In this document: in pieces, positions 32,255-41,192 of the stretch
Numbering within the stretch: position 1 is the stretch's first letter
How the letters are laid out: every line of letters begins with the position of its first letter
Sequence record: NC_042116.1
Length of the DNA stretch: 64,000 nt
Direction: 5' to 3' (one strand)
Notes under the pieces: generated by a model
Told to the model about the DNA's origin: nothing
Database searches by the model: none
The model's input: the letters and a program-made list of their open reading frames with translations, nothing else
Translations under genes and position numbers: made by a program

Positions 32255-32956
32255 ATGTACATTCCACCTATCGTTAATAAGTACACGTATGTTGGTTATA
32301 ATCGAATCGAAGGCGGCCCGCAAGGTCGCCTTTATTCTACCCCTAGTGGAAACCTACCATCCGTGACTACAATTTTAAGTGCCACTTCTGATAATGAAGG
32401 ATTAAAGAAATGGCGTGAAGCAATCGGAGAAGAAAAAGCTAATGCAATAACATTAGAAGCTACTACAGTTGGGACTTTCATGCATGAAAATCTAGAACGA
32501 AGACTCGTTGGAGATCCCGATCATCATGGTGGTATGCCAATAAGGGTATTAGCTAGAAGTATGGCTGATTGTATACAGGAAAATGCTTGGCCTAAAATAA
32601 ATGAAGTATGGGGACAAGAAGTTCCATTATTTTATGAAGGATTATGGGCTGGAACTACTGACTTAGTTGGTATACATGATGGTATACCGTCAATTATGGA
32701 TTATAAAAATTCACGTAAACCCAAAACATGGGAATATATTGAAAATTACAGACTTCAATTGGCAGCTTATGCAATAGCACATAATGCAATGTTCGGTACA
32801 GAAATCGATAGAGGTGTTATTTTTATTTGTGTTCGCAAAGACCCTCAAAACTTACAATATCAGGAATTTGTTATTGAAGGTACTGATTTTGAAGAAGCGA
32901 AACAAATGTGGATTGAAAGAGTAGAGCAATTCTATGCTCAACGTGGAGATATGTAA
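32255..32956 (+). CDS. PD-(D/E)xK exonuclease (lambda-Exo/Cas4-like superfamily)
   Basis: PSVTTIL, GTFMHE, AGTTDL, MDYKNS, QLAAY. Confidence 0.88.
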   Translation: MYIPPIVNKYTYVGYNRIEGGPQGRLYSTPSGNLPSVTTILSATSDNEGLKKWREAIGEEKANAITLEATTVGTFMHENLERRLVGDPDHHGGMPIRVLARSMADCIQENAWPKINEVWGQEVPLFYEGLWAGTTDLVGIHDGIPSIMDYKNSRKPKTWEYIENYRLQLAAYAIAHNAMFGTEIDRGVIFICVRKDPQNLQYQEFVIEGTDFEEAKQMWIERVEQFYAQRGDM

Positions 32957-32958
32957 AA

Positions 32959-33513
32959 ATGGGAACAAGAGCAATGAAACAAGATTTATTCGCTATTAAA
33001 GCAGTAAAAGCAAAAGGTTATGATATTCAAGAACTGATTCTTCGTTCAGATGAAGAACTAGATGAATTAAAATTACCAAACAAACTTATTCAAGCAGTAA
33101 AAGAATATAAGCAACGTGGTGGTAAATCACCTGAAGAAATTGCTGAAGAAATTGCTGAAATTATGATACAAGAAAGTGCAGCAGTTGAACAAACTACGTC
33201 ATTAGATGAAACTGTTAATGAATATAAAACCAATACTGAAGAACAACAAAAAGTTATAGAAGAAATTCAAAATACTGTTGTAATTCCTGATGACGAAATT
33301 CAAATTGTACGTACTGAAAGTTCACAAGAAGATGTTGATATTATTAACGCTGCATTAAAAGAACGTGATTTTAAATCATTCGCACCGTACTTAAAACATT
33401 TGAAATCATCCGTTCCAGCACAAATTCTATCAGCAGTTGATGGAGCTAAAGTTAATGAACTTATTGAGAACCGAATTTCAGAGATTAAAGCACAAGGTGA
33501 AAGTACTAAATAA
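32959..33513 (+). CDS. Hypothetical acidic helical protein
   Basis: 184-aa ORF, GGAG SD. Confidence 0.6.
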   Translation: MGTRAMKQDLFAIKAVKAKGYDIQELILRSDEELDELKLPNKLIQAVKEYKQRGGKSPEEIAEEIAEIMIQESAAVEQTTSLDETVNEYKTNTEEQQKVIEEIQNTVVIPDDEIQIVRTESSQEDVDIINAALKERDFKSFAPYLKHLKSSVPAQILSAVDGAKVNELIENRISEIKAQGESTK

Positions 33514-33541
33514 TTCTATACTTTAATAGGAGATTTTAGTT

Positions 33542-34120
33542 ATGGCTCAAAAAGAAATTTCATTGATGCAAATACGTATGGGTAAACAACGTGATTTACC
33601 CCTTGCACTTGAAAAAGGACAACTAGGATTAAGTACTGATGTTGGACGTATGTTTGTAGGATTACCTAGTTCAACTGATCCAGCATCTATAGTAGCGGGA
33701 AGAACATGGGAAAACGCACCAAATTCTGGAAAAGAGAACATTGAAATTCTTACAGAATTTACCCCTTGGTCTATAATAAATCGCATGGTTTATCGACCAT
33801 TCAAAGTTACAGTTCCAGCAAATGGTTCAACTAATATAAACATTCAAAGTACATCAAGATTGTTTTTGGAATATATCGCATATAGTAATGCTACAGGAAG
33901 TACGTTACTTGAATCTGGTATAGTTCAATTGGTTGTACAAGGAAGTACAGTACTTATATCACAACAAAACAATACAAATCAACCTGACGGATTGGTGGTT
34001 ATCGATTATGAAAACCCAACATTTGATACAGGGACTGAAAGAATGTCAGTTACTATAACAAACAATAGTGCTGAAATTTTTACAGTAGAATTCATACTTC
34101 GTGGGTGGGATGCTTTATAA
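33542..34120 (+). CDS. Virion protein with Mtd-N/hyaluronidase-N-like attachment motif
   Basis: MQIRMG...LEKGQLGLSTDVGRMFVG resembles the xQxRRG...LxxGExG...D...xxG fibre-base motif. Confidence 0.5.
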   Translation: MAQKEISLMQIRMGKQRDLPLALEKGQLGLSTDVGRMFVGLPSSTDPASIVAGRTWENAPNSGKENIEILTEFTPWSIINRMVYRPFKVTVPANGSTNINIQSTSRLFLEYIAYSNATGSTLLESGIVQLVVQGSTVLISQQNNTNQPDGLVVIDYENPTFDTGTERMSVTITNNSAEIFTVEFILRGWDAL

Positions 34121-34140
34121 AAAAGGCACCCGCCTTTTTT
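34119..34140. terminator. Intrinsic terminator
   Basis: aaaaaaggc-accc-gcctttttt. Confidence 0.65.
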
Positions 34141-34146
34141 AACCCC

Positions 34147-34154
34147 TATAAATA
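34147..34154 (+). promoter_or_regulatory. Late promoter TATAAATA upstream of nrdA
   Basis: Exact consensus 46 nt before ATG. Confidence 0.55.
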
Positions 34155-34200
34155 GTAAACTACAAATTTTAAGAAATATAATCAACAACAAGGATGTACA

Positions 34201-36525
34201 ATGATAAACGTTACTAAACGTAATAGTGCAAAGGAAGCACTTGATTTAGATAAAATTCACCAAATTTTATTTTTTGCGTGTGAAGGTTTAACTGGTGTAT
34301 CAGTGTCTGAAATTGAAATGCGATCACAATTGCAATTCTATGAAGGTATTAGCACCAAAACCATTCATGACATTCTAATTAAAGCAGCATCAGAATTAAT
34401 TTCAGAAGATACCCCTAATTATCAATATGTAGCAGGTAGACTAATTACTTACTCATTACGAAAACAAGTATATGGTACATATGAACCAATTGAGTTTTTA
34501 ACTCATATTAAAAAACTTGTTAATATTGGTAAGTATGATGATGAGATTTTAGTTAAGTACAGTTCACAAGAACTAGAAGATTTAGGACATTATATAAAAC
34601 ATAAACGTGATAATAAGTTTACGTTCGTTGCAATGAAGCAATGGGAAGGAAAATATCTTGTTCAAAATCGTGCAGATAAGAAAACAAAAGCTTCTGCACA
34701 AATTTATGAAACCCCACAAATGGCATATATGATGATTGCCGCAACAATATTCATGGAATATACTGAAAATCGAATTCAATATGTTAAAAAATTCTATGAT
34801 GCAATTAGTAATTTTGATATTAGTCTTCCTACTCCAATTATGGCAGGTCTACGTACAAAAACCAGACAATTTAGTTCATGTGTAGTACTAAATGTTGGTG
34901 ATAGTTTAGATAGTATTGGTTCTAGTAATTTGGCGATTTTGAAATACATATCAAAGAAAGCTGGACTTGGTATTAACTATGGACGTATCCGTGCTGAAGG
35001 TACTGAAATACGTGGTGGTGACGCTGTACATACAGGTTTAATTCCATTCTTATCAGCAGTAGCAAAAACTGTAAAATCTTGTTCTCAAGGTGGTGTACGT
35101 GGTGGTGCAGCAACAGTTCATTTCCCATTATGGCATTTAGAATTTGAAGATCTTGTAGTACTTAAAAATAATAAAGGAACTGAAACATCACGTGTAAGAC
35201 AACTTGACTATTGCTTCCAATTGAATAAGACTTTTTATCAACGATTAATTGATCGTAAAAATATTACATTCTTTTCACCAAGTGATGTGCCAGGATTGTA
35301 TGAAGCATTTTGTGCAGATCAGAAAGAATTTGAACGTTTATATGTAAAATACGAAAATGATAGTAGTATTCGTAAAAAAACATTACCAGCATTAGAAGTA
35401 TTCAGTGCTTTAATGAATGAACGTGCAGAAACTGGTCGCATATACATTCAAAATATCGATTTAGTAAATGAACATTCTCCTTTTGATGAAAAAGTTGCTC
35501 CAATTGAACAAAGTAATTTATGTCAAGAGATTGCGTTACCATCTATACCATTTGATGATGTTAAAGATGATGAAAATGGCTTAATTAGCTTATGTACACT
35601 TTCTGCAATAAATTGGGGAAATTTTGATACACCAGATCAAATGGAAGAAGCCTGTGATTTATCAGTACGTGCATTAGATGCCTTACTAGACTATCAAGAC
35701 TACCCTGTAATCCACGCAGAACGAGCAACACGACTTTATAGACCACTAGGGGTAGGAATCATCAACCTAGCATATTTCTTAGCTAAGCGTGGCTTACGTT
35801 ACGATTCTGGAGCTTTAGAAACTGTAAACCAATGGACTGAAGCATGGTCTTATTATTTGTTAAAATCTTCAGTACAACTAGCAAAAGAAAAAGGTCGTTG
35901 TGAAGGTTTTGAGAATTTGAAATATGCTAAAGGTATTTTGCCAATTGATACTTATAAGAAAAGTATTGATGAATTGGTTGGAACTGAGTTAAAAATGGAT
36001 TGGGATGCATTACGTGCAGAAATAGCAATTCATGGTATTCGTAATGCTACTACTATGGCATTAATGCCAGCAGAAACATCTGCACAAATCAGTAATAGTA
36101 CTAATGGTATTGAACCACCAAGAAATTTAGTTTCAATAAAAGCATCAAAAGATGGTATTCTAAAACAAGTTGTACCAGAGATTGGTAAGTTGAAGAATAA
36201 GTATACTTTACTTTGGGAACAAGAAAGTAACATTGGTTATCTACAAATATGTGGTGTGATGCAAAAATATGTTGATCAAAGTATCAGTGCTAATACTAGC
36301 TATAATCCTGCTAACTTCCCTGATGGTAAACTTTCTATGGAAATGTTATTGAATGAATTGATAATTGCATATATACTAGGATGTAAAAATCTTTATTATA
36401 TGAATACAAATGATGGTTCAGGTGAAATAGATCTAGATAAATTAGAAAGTGATAAAAAAGGGATCGTAGTTGTACTTCCACCAATGGAAGAAGATGACGA
36501 TGATTGTGATTCATGTAAAATATAA
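34201..36525 (+). CDS. nrdA: Class Ia ribonucleotide reductase large subunit with ATP cone
   Basis: VTKR ATP cone, SSCV, QSNLCQEI, SLCTLSA, LYY, C-terminal CDSC. Confidence 0.97.
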   Translation: MINVTKRNSAKEALDLDKIHQILFFACEGLTGVSVSEIEMRSQLQFYEGISTKTIHDILIKAASELISEDTPNYQYVAGRLITYSLRKQVYGTYEPIEFLTHIKKLVNIGKYDDEILVKYSSQELEDLGHYIKHKRDNKFTFVAMKQWEGKYLVQNRADKKTKASAQIYETPQMAYMMIAATIFMEYTENRIQYVKKFYDAISNFDISLPTPIMAGLRTKTRQFSSCVVLNVGDSLDSIGSSNLAILKYISKKAGLGINYGRIRAEGTEIRGGDAVHTGLIPFLSAVAKTVKSCSQGGVRGGAATVHFPLWHLEFEDLVVLKNNKGTETSRVRQLDYCFQLNKTFYQRLIDRKNITFFSPSDVPGLYEAFCADQKEFERLYVKYENDSSIRKKTLPALEVFSALMNERAETGRIYIQNIDLVNEHSPFDEKVAPIEQSNLCQEIALPSIPFDDVKDDENGLISLCTLSAINWGNFDTPDQMEEACDLSVRALDALLDYQDYPVIHAERATRLYRPLGVGIINLAYFLAKRGLRYDSGALETVNQWTEAWSYYLLKSSVQLAKEKGRCEGFENLKYAKGILPIDTYKKSIDELVGTELKMDWDALRAEIAIHGIRNATTMALMPAETSAQISNSTNGIEPPRNLVSIKASKDGILKQVVPEIGKLKNKYTLLWEQESNIGYLQICGVMQKYVDQSISANTSYNPANFPDGKLSMEMLLNELIIAYILGCKNLYYMNTNDGSGEIDLDKLESDKKGIVVVLPPMEEDDDDCDSCKI

Positions 36526-36574
36526 AATAAATATCAGTCCCGTTATATACGGGACAATTTATGAAAGGATACAA

Positions 36575-37348
36575 ATGAAAGTAAATTATTATCAACCAAT
36601 GGACTTAGATTTTATTGAAGAGTTTTGGGATGATTTAGATATGAATTTAGTTATTCAGAATCAAAAATTGCCTCAAAGTTTTATAGAAAAGCATTTTAAT
36701 AGACTTGATTCAAATGCTTTGGTTCGTTATCAACAAATGTCTATTAATTTTGTTAAAGAAAAATGGGAATCATTTAATAAAAATATTGTAGCTCAATATA
36801 TCATTATGCCAATAGCATGGATAAAAACTAAATGGTCAGATTTTCAAGCATCTGCATTAGAAAACATTGCAAAATATCAAAAATTGACACAAGATTTCAT
36901 TCAAGAAAAATGGAATGATTTTAAAGATTTTTCAGACAAGGTGACCGATAATATTGCTCGATATCAAAAAATGACTACTGATTTTATAACTGAAAAGTGG
37001 GATGATTTTAATAAAAATTATATTTCTAAATATCAAACGCTAACAGTTGATTTTATAAAAGATAAGTGGCAAGAACTAAGTGTAGCTGCAATATCAGTTT
37101 TTCAGATTATATCAGATGACGTTAGAGATCTATTGGGATTATCAGCACCAGCAAAAACTATAACTGGAGCACAGATACTGGCTTTAGATCCATGTCCAGA
37201 TGGTATGGCACGTTTTCATGCTCATACTCCTGATGACACGACAGTACTAACATGGAATGAACTATTAGAAAAGCATTTAGGAACACAGGACGGGATTCGT
37301 GATATTCATTGGTTATCATGGAAATTAGGAAAATCAATTAATACATAA
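36575..37348 (+). CDS. Tryptophan-repeat solenoid protein (about 8 x 22-29 aa) plus C-terminal PCxDG domain (start revised to ATG 36575)
   Basis: Repeats IxxYQxL/MTxDFIxEKWxDF; AAGGA SD; AATAAATA at 36526-36533. Confidence 0.75.
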   Translation: MKVNYYQPMDLDFIEEFWDDLDMNLVIQNQKLPQSFIEKHFNRLDSNALVRYQQMSINFVKEKWESFNKNIVAQYIIMPIAWIKTKWSDFQASALENIAKYQKLTQDFIQEKWNDFKDFSDKVTDNIARYQKMTTDFITEKWDDFNKNYISKYQTLTVDFIKDKWQELSVAAISVFQIISDDVRDLLGLSAPAKTITGAQILALDPCPDGMARFHAHTPDDTTVLTWNELLEKHLGTQDGIRDIHWLSWKLGKSINT

Positions 37349-37357
37349 GGATATAAA

Positions 37358-38065
37358 ATGTCAGTATTCAAAATTAATACAAAAAGTCACTTAGAAAAAA
37401 ATATGTTTTTCGATGAATCTGTTGATATTCAACGGTTTGAATCGTTGAAATATCCAGCAATTGAAAAACTAACAGAATCACAAAAAGGATTCTTTTGGTC
37501 ACCAGATGAAGTAGATCTATCTAAAGATCGATTAGATTTTAAAACACTTACAGATCATGAGAAACATATTTTCACATCTAATCTAAAACGTCAAATTCTA
37601 CTTGACTCAGTACAAGGTCGTGGTCCCAATTTAGTACTACTACCATATGCGTCACTACCTGAATTAGAAAACTTTATTGAAACATGGGCATTTTTTGAAG
37701 GTGCTATCCATAGTAAATCTTATACACATATTATTCGCAACGTATATTCAAATCCATCTGAAGTTTTTGATACAATGCTTGACATTCCAGAAATCACAAG
37801 CTGTGCCGCAGATATTTCAAAGTACTATGATGATTTAGATTTATATGGTACTTATTACCGTTTACTTGGTGAAGGTACTCATACAGTTAATGGTGAAAAA
37901 ATTATCATTGATTTGTATGAATTAAAGAAGAAGTTGTGGTTATGTTTGAATTCCATCAACATCTTAGAAGGAGTTCGTTTCTATGTGAGCTTTGTATGTT
38001 CCTGGGCTTTTAGTGAAATTGAAAAGATGGAAGGTAATGGTAAGATTATCAAATTGATTTGCCGT
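37358..38065 (+). CDS. nrdB: Ribonucleotide reductase small subunit, exon 1
   Basis: GFFWSPDEVDL, LLDSVQGRG, IHSKSY (radical Tyr), EGVRFY, ends MEGNGKIIKLICR. Confidence 0.95.
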
Positions 38066-38160
38066 TAATTTGAGCGGCCTTGTATAGTAATATACATTGA
38101 ATAACCCTATATATCGGTGAAACTCTTAACAAGTAATGTTGAAGACAATACCGAGATTTT

Positions 38161-38198
38161 TATAAATATCCATATGAGATGAAAACATACATGTGGAG
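38161..38198 (+). promoter_or_regulatory. Intron-internal late promoter TATAAATA and SD-sequestering hairpin for the homing endonuclease
   Basis: TATAAATA 38161-38168; tccatatg (38169-76) pairs with catgtgga (38190-97) covering the GGAG SD. Confidence 0.7.
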
Positions 38199-38205
38199 TA
38201 TTTGA

Positions 38206-38943
38206 ATGAAAGATGATTTTTACGTATATATTTGGTATAACCCTGAAAACAATAAACCATTTTATGTTGGAAAAGGAACTGGTAAAAGAGCATATGATGT
38301 AAATGATAAAAGCCGAAATGCTTTCTTCATGAGAAAGTACAATAAAATTAAAAGTACTGGCTTAGATCCATATGTTATTATTGAATATGATAATTTATCT
38401 GAGAGTGATGCACTCGCAAAAGAACACGAATTAATATTAAAATACAAACCTACATTTGAAGGTGGTATTTTAACAAATTTGTCATATTCAACTGGTGGAA
38501 AATCAACAATATCAGAAAGTACAAGAGATAAATTATCTCATAAATCTTCAGGTGAAAAAAATGGAATGGCTAGATTCACTAAAGAAGAAATAGTGGAATG
38601 CTTTGAACTGTTGATTAAAGGTTATAGTAATAAAGAAGTTGAGAAAGAAACTAATATACCGTCACATGTAATATCTGATTTACGATATGGTAAAAAGTGG
38701 AAAACGGTATATGAAATTTACAAAAACAAACTGGTAAATCTTAAAATATCTGGCTTGAATAAATATAATTTGTCATTTGAAGATAAAGTTAATATTATAC
38801 ATGATATTGCAACCAGAGATAAAAATACTCAACTTAAAGATATAGCAAAGAAATATAATGTAAAAGAAACCATGATTGTTTCCATCAATTTAAAAAGACA
38901 GTGGAAAAATATATGGCAATATTATCTTGATAAAAAATCGTAA
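38206..38943 (+). CDS. Intron-encoded GIY-YIG homing endonuclease with C-terminal HTH repeats
   Basis: FYVYIWY...FYVGKGTGKR, conserved E and N; two HTH-like C-terminal repeats; stop codon overlaps the P6/P7 junction. Confidence 0.9.
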   Translation: MKDDFYVYIWYNPENNKPFYVGKGTGKRAYDVNDKSRNAFFMRKYNKIKSTGLDPYVIIEYDNLSESDALAKEHELILKYKPTFEGGILTNLSYSTGGKSTISESTRDKLSHKSSGEKNGMARFTKEEIVECFELLIKGYSNKEVEKETNIPSHVISDLRYGKKWKTVYEIYKNKLVNLKISGLNKYNLSFEDKVNIIHDIATRDKNTQLKDIAKKYNVKETMIVSINLKRQWKNIWQYYLDKKS

Positions 38944-39108
38944 CGACTATCGAAACCACATAGAGATATGGAAGGGAGTAGAGTACTCTCAAGCGAGGGG
39001 AAACGTAGGGAATCCAGAAATGGATTATGATATAGTCTGGTCTATATAGAAATATATAGCAGCTTGGATAAAGCGGAGATAGATTAGCGAACTATCTTGA
39101 ACATCACG

Positions 39109-39525
39109 GATGAGAACTTACACTTAGCAGCAACACAAATGATATTACGTTTGCTAAAGAAAGAAGATCCTGATTTTGCTAAAATAGCAGAAGAATGTCA
39201 TGATGAAGTACAACAAATGTTCTTAGATGCTATTCAGCAAGAAGAAGAATGGGCAGACTTCTTATTCAAGGATGGTTCTATAATTGGTCTAAACGCACCA
39301 ATTCTAAAACAATATATTCGTTGGATTGGTTGTAAGAGAATGAGTGCTGTGGGTATTAAATGTCCGTACAGTATTAGTCAGAATAACCCTTTACCTTGGA
39401 CGACGAGTTGGATTAGTGGTGCAGATGTACAAGTAGCTCCACAAGAAACTGAAATTAGTTCATATATCATTGGTGGTGTAGTTAATGACATTTCTGAAGA
39501 ATCTTTTAAAGGTTTAGAAATATAA
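39109..39525 (+). CDS. nrdB: Ribonucleotide reductase small subunit, exon 2
   Basis: Begins DENLH (iron ligands), ends VAPQETEISSY; spliced product 374 aa. Confidence 0.95.
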   Translation, partial: DENLHLAATQMILRLLKKEDPDFAKIAEECHDEVQQMFLDAIQQEEEWADFLFKDGSIIGLNAPILKQYIRWIGCKRMSAVGIKCPYSISQNNPLPWTTSWISGADVQVAPQETEISSYIIGGVVNDISEESFKGLEI

Positions 39526-39540
39526 TATAATATAATATAA

Positions 39541-39564
39541 AAAGGACGCATCAAGCGTCCTTTT
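39541..39564 (+). terminator. Intrinsic terminator (AAGGACGC family)
   Basis: aaaggacgc-atcaa-gcgtcctttt. Confidence 0.75.
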
Positions 39565-39579
39565 GCATGGAGAAATTAA

Positions 39580-39774
39580 ATGGATTTTCAAAATGATAGT
39601 ATTGATGTATTTGAGTTTGACCAAGAATGGATATATACTATAACATTTATTGGTGGTTCACAAATAACTGGAGCAGTTATTAAAGCATATGAAAATGGTA
39701 TAGTACTAAATTGTGGGACACATGTACCTACTGCCAGCATACTATATTTTAAACCATTATCTTTAATTCAATAA
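39580..39774 (+). CDS. Small hypothetical protein
   Basis: 64 aa, GGAG SD. Confidence 0.6.
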   Translation: MDFQNDSIDVFEFDQEWIYTITFIGGSQITGAVIKAYENGIVLNCGTHVPTASILYFKPLSLIQ

Positions 39775-39776
39775 AA

Positions 39777-39805
39777 TGAAACAGAAAAAAAAATTATGGT
39801 ATAAT
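39777..39805 (+). promoter_or_regulatory. TGRAAY-N17-TATAAT promoter
   Basis: tgaaac 39777-39782, A9 in spacer, tataat 39800-39805. Confidence 0.75.
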
Positions 39806-39835
39806 TAATTTGTAAATTGAAAAAGAGGACATGAT

Positions 39836-40066
39836 ATGAACACTGAATTAAACAACATGGTTGAAAAAAACATTGAAGTAGCAGAAGAAGTTACTGGTTA
39901 TGAAATGACAGAAGAAGATTTGGAGTATTCACGTAAAATGATTGCACGTCTTTCTGGATATTACATGCGTAAAGATGAAGAACTAGCAAAGAAACGTAAA
40001 GAAAAACAAAAACGTAGGTCTGCAAATAAATCAGCACGTCAATCACGTCGAACTAACCGTAAGTAA
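39836..40066 (+). CDS. Small protein with Arg/Lys-rich C-terminal tail
   Basis: KKRKEKQKRRSANKSARQSRRTNRK; GAGG SD. Confidence 0.7.
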   Translation: MNTELNNMVEKNIEVAEEVTGYEMTEEDLEYSRKMIARLSGYYMRKDEELAKKRKEKQKRRSANKSARQSRRTNRK

Positions 40067-40079
40067 TTAGGATAGTAAT

Positions 40080-40457
40080 ATGAAATATACTTTTACAAAA
40101 GTTAAAGAAAATTATCCAAAACGTACATATCGTAGTAAAAGAACATTAAAAAAACTACATCTTCAAGACTATGGAGTTGTACTTTCTAGTATTGTTATCA
40201 ACATTCCTGTATTTGAATCACAGTACTGTGATTCATTATTGGATATCATGTATGAACATGATAATGGCATTTTTATTTTCGGTACTGACAAAACTACTAC
40301 CATTTTAGTAGAGATTCCGGTTGATAAATTTTCTATTGAAAATGTAAAAAAATATTGTTATGAATTGTTATTGAATTTATCTGAAATTGATCAAAACTTT
40401 GCAGAAATTGAAAGCATCATGGTAGATTATGGTGATGCATATTATGGGGAATGGTAA
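40080..40457 (+). CDS. Hypothetical protein
   Basis: 125-aa ORF, AGGA SD. Confidence 0.6.
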   Translation: MKYTFTKVKENYPKRTYRSKRTLKKLHLQDYGVVLSSIVINIPVFESQYCDSLLDIMYEHDNGIFIFGTDKTTTILVEIPVDKFSIENVKKYCYELLLNLSEIDQNFAEIESIMVDYGDAYYGEW

Positions 40458-41161
40458 TGGGAAACACCGTAGAACAATTTAACCAAGTGGTTGAATTTAT
40501 GAATGTAGGATCACAGGAAGTAAACACTGAATTTAAATTCCCATCATGGAAAACTGGTTCATTTCGTTTAAGACTAATTAATGAAGAACTTAATGGAGTT
40601 AATGAATTAATACAATCATTAATGGTAGATAATCCATTGGGTGTATTAGATGGAATTTGTGATGTATTATACGTTGTTTATGGTGCTTATGCAACTTTTG
40701 GATTAGTTCCGATTTGCTGGAGCATACCAACTGGTAATAAAGATACATCTCCAGTACTTCAAATGCATCGATCAATACTTAATGCTAACCATTTAAATGG
40801 TGCATATGATCGATTGTCTCGTGGATTAGAACTTGGTGATCAACCAACGATTGAAAGTGCATTACGTGATGTTATTGACAATATTATCGACTTGTCAGTT
40901 GAATGTGGTTTTGATGTTTCTGGAGCATTTACTGAAGTTCACGAATCTAATATGAGTAAATTTTGTAAAACTTATGAAGATGCACAGGATAGTATTAAAA
41001 TTCGTTTAGAACAAGGTAAGTTAGAAGATTACACTGGTGCTACAATTCAAGAAGTTCAAGTAGGTGATAATACTTATTATATCATTAAACGTAAAAATGA
41101 TGGTAAGATTTTAAAAGGTATGTCATTCTACGAACCAGACCTATCTAAATTTATTCCATAA
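40451..41161 (+). CDS. All-alpha NTP pyrophosphohydrolase (MazG/PRA-PH-like)
   Basis: RLRLINEEL...DGICDVLYVVYG, EVHESNMSK, DGKILKG...YEPDL. Confidence 0.85.
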   Translation: MVMGNTVEQFNQVVEFMNVGSQEVNTEFKFPSWKTGSFRLRLINEELNGVNELIQSLMVDNPLGVLDGICDVLYVVYGAYATFGLVPICWSIPTGNKDTSPVLQMHRSILNANHLNGAYDRLSRGLELGDQPTIESALRDVIDNIIDLSVECGFDVSGAFTEVHESNMSKFCKTYEDAQDSIKIRLEQGKLEDYTGATIQEVQVGDNTYYIIKRKNDGKILKGMSFYEPDLSKFIP

Positions 41162-41192
41162 AAAAAAGGGAGCGTTAAAGGCTCCCTTTTTT
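41162..41192. terminator. Bidirectional terminator between convergent genes
   Basis: aaaaaagggagc-gttaaag-gctccctttttt. Confidence 0.8.

Larger units (their letters stand above)
38066..39108 (+). ncRNA. Group I (IA2-type) self-splicing intron in nrdB, 1043 nt
   Basis: 5' exon ends GCCGU pairing with intron GCGGC (P1, U.G); P3 ccctat/gtaggg; P7 gacta/tagtc; P7.1, P7.2, P8, P9-9.2 hairpins; terminal G at 39108; splicing restores ICR-DENLH. Confidence 0.93.
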
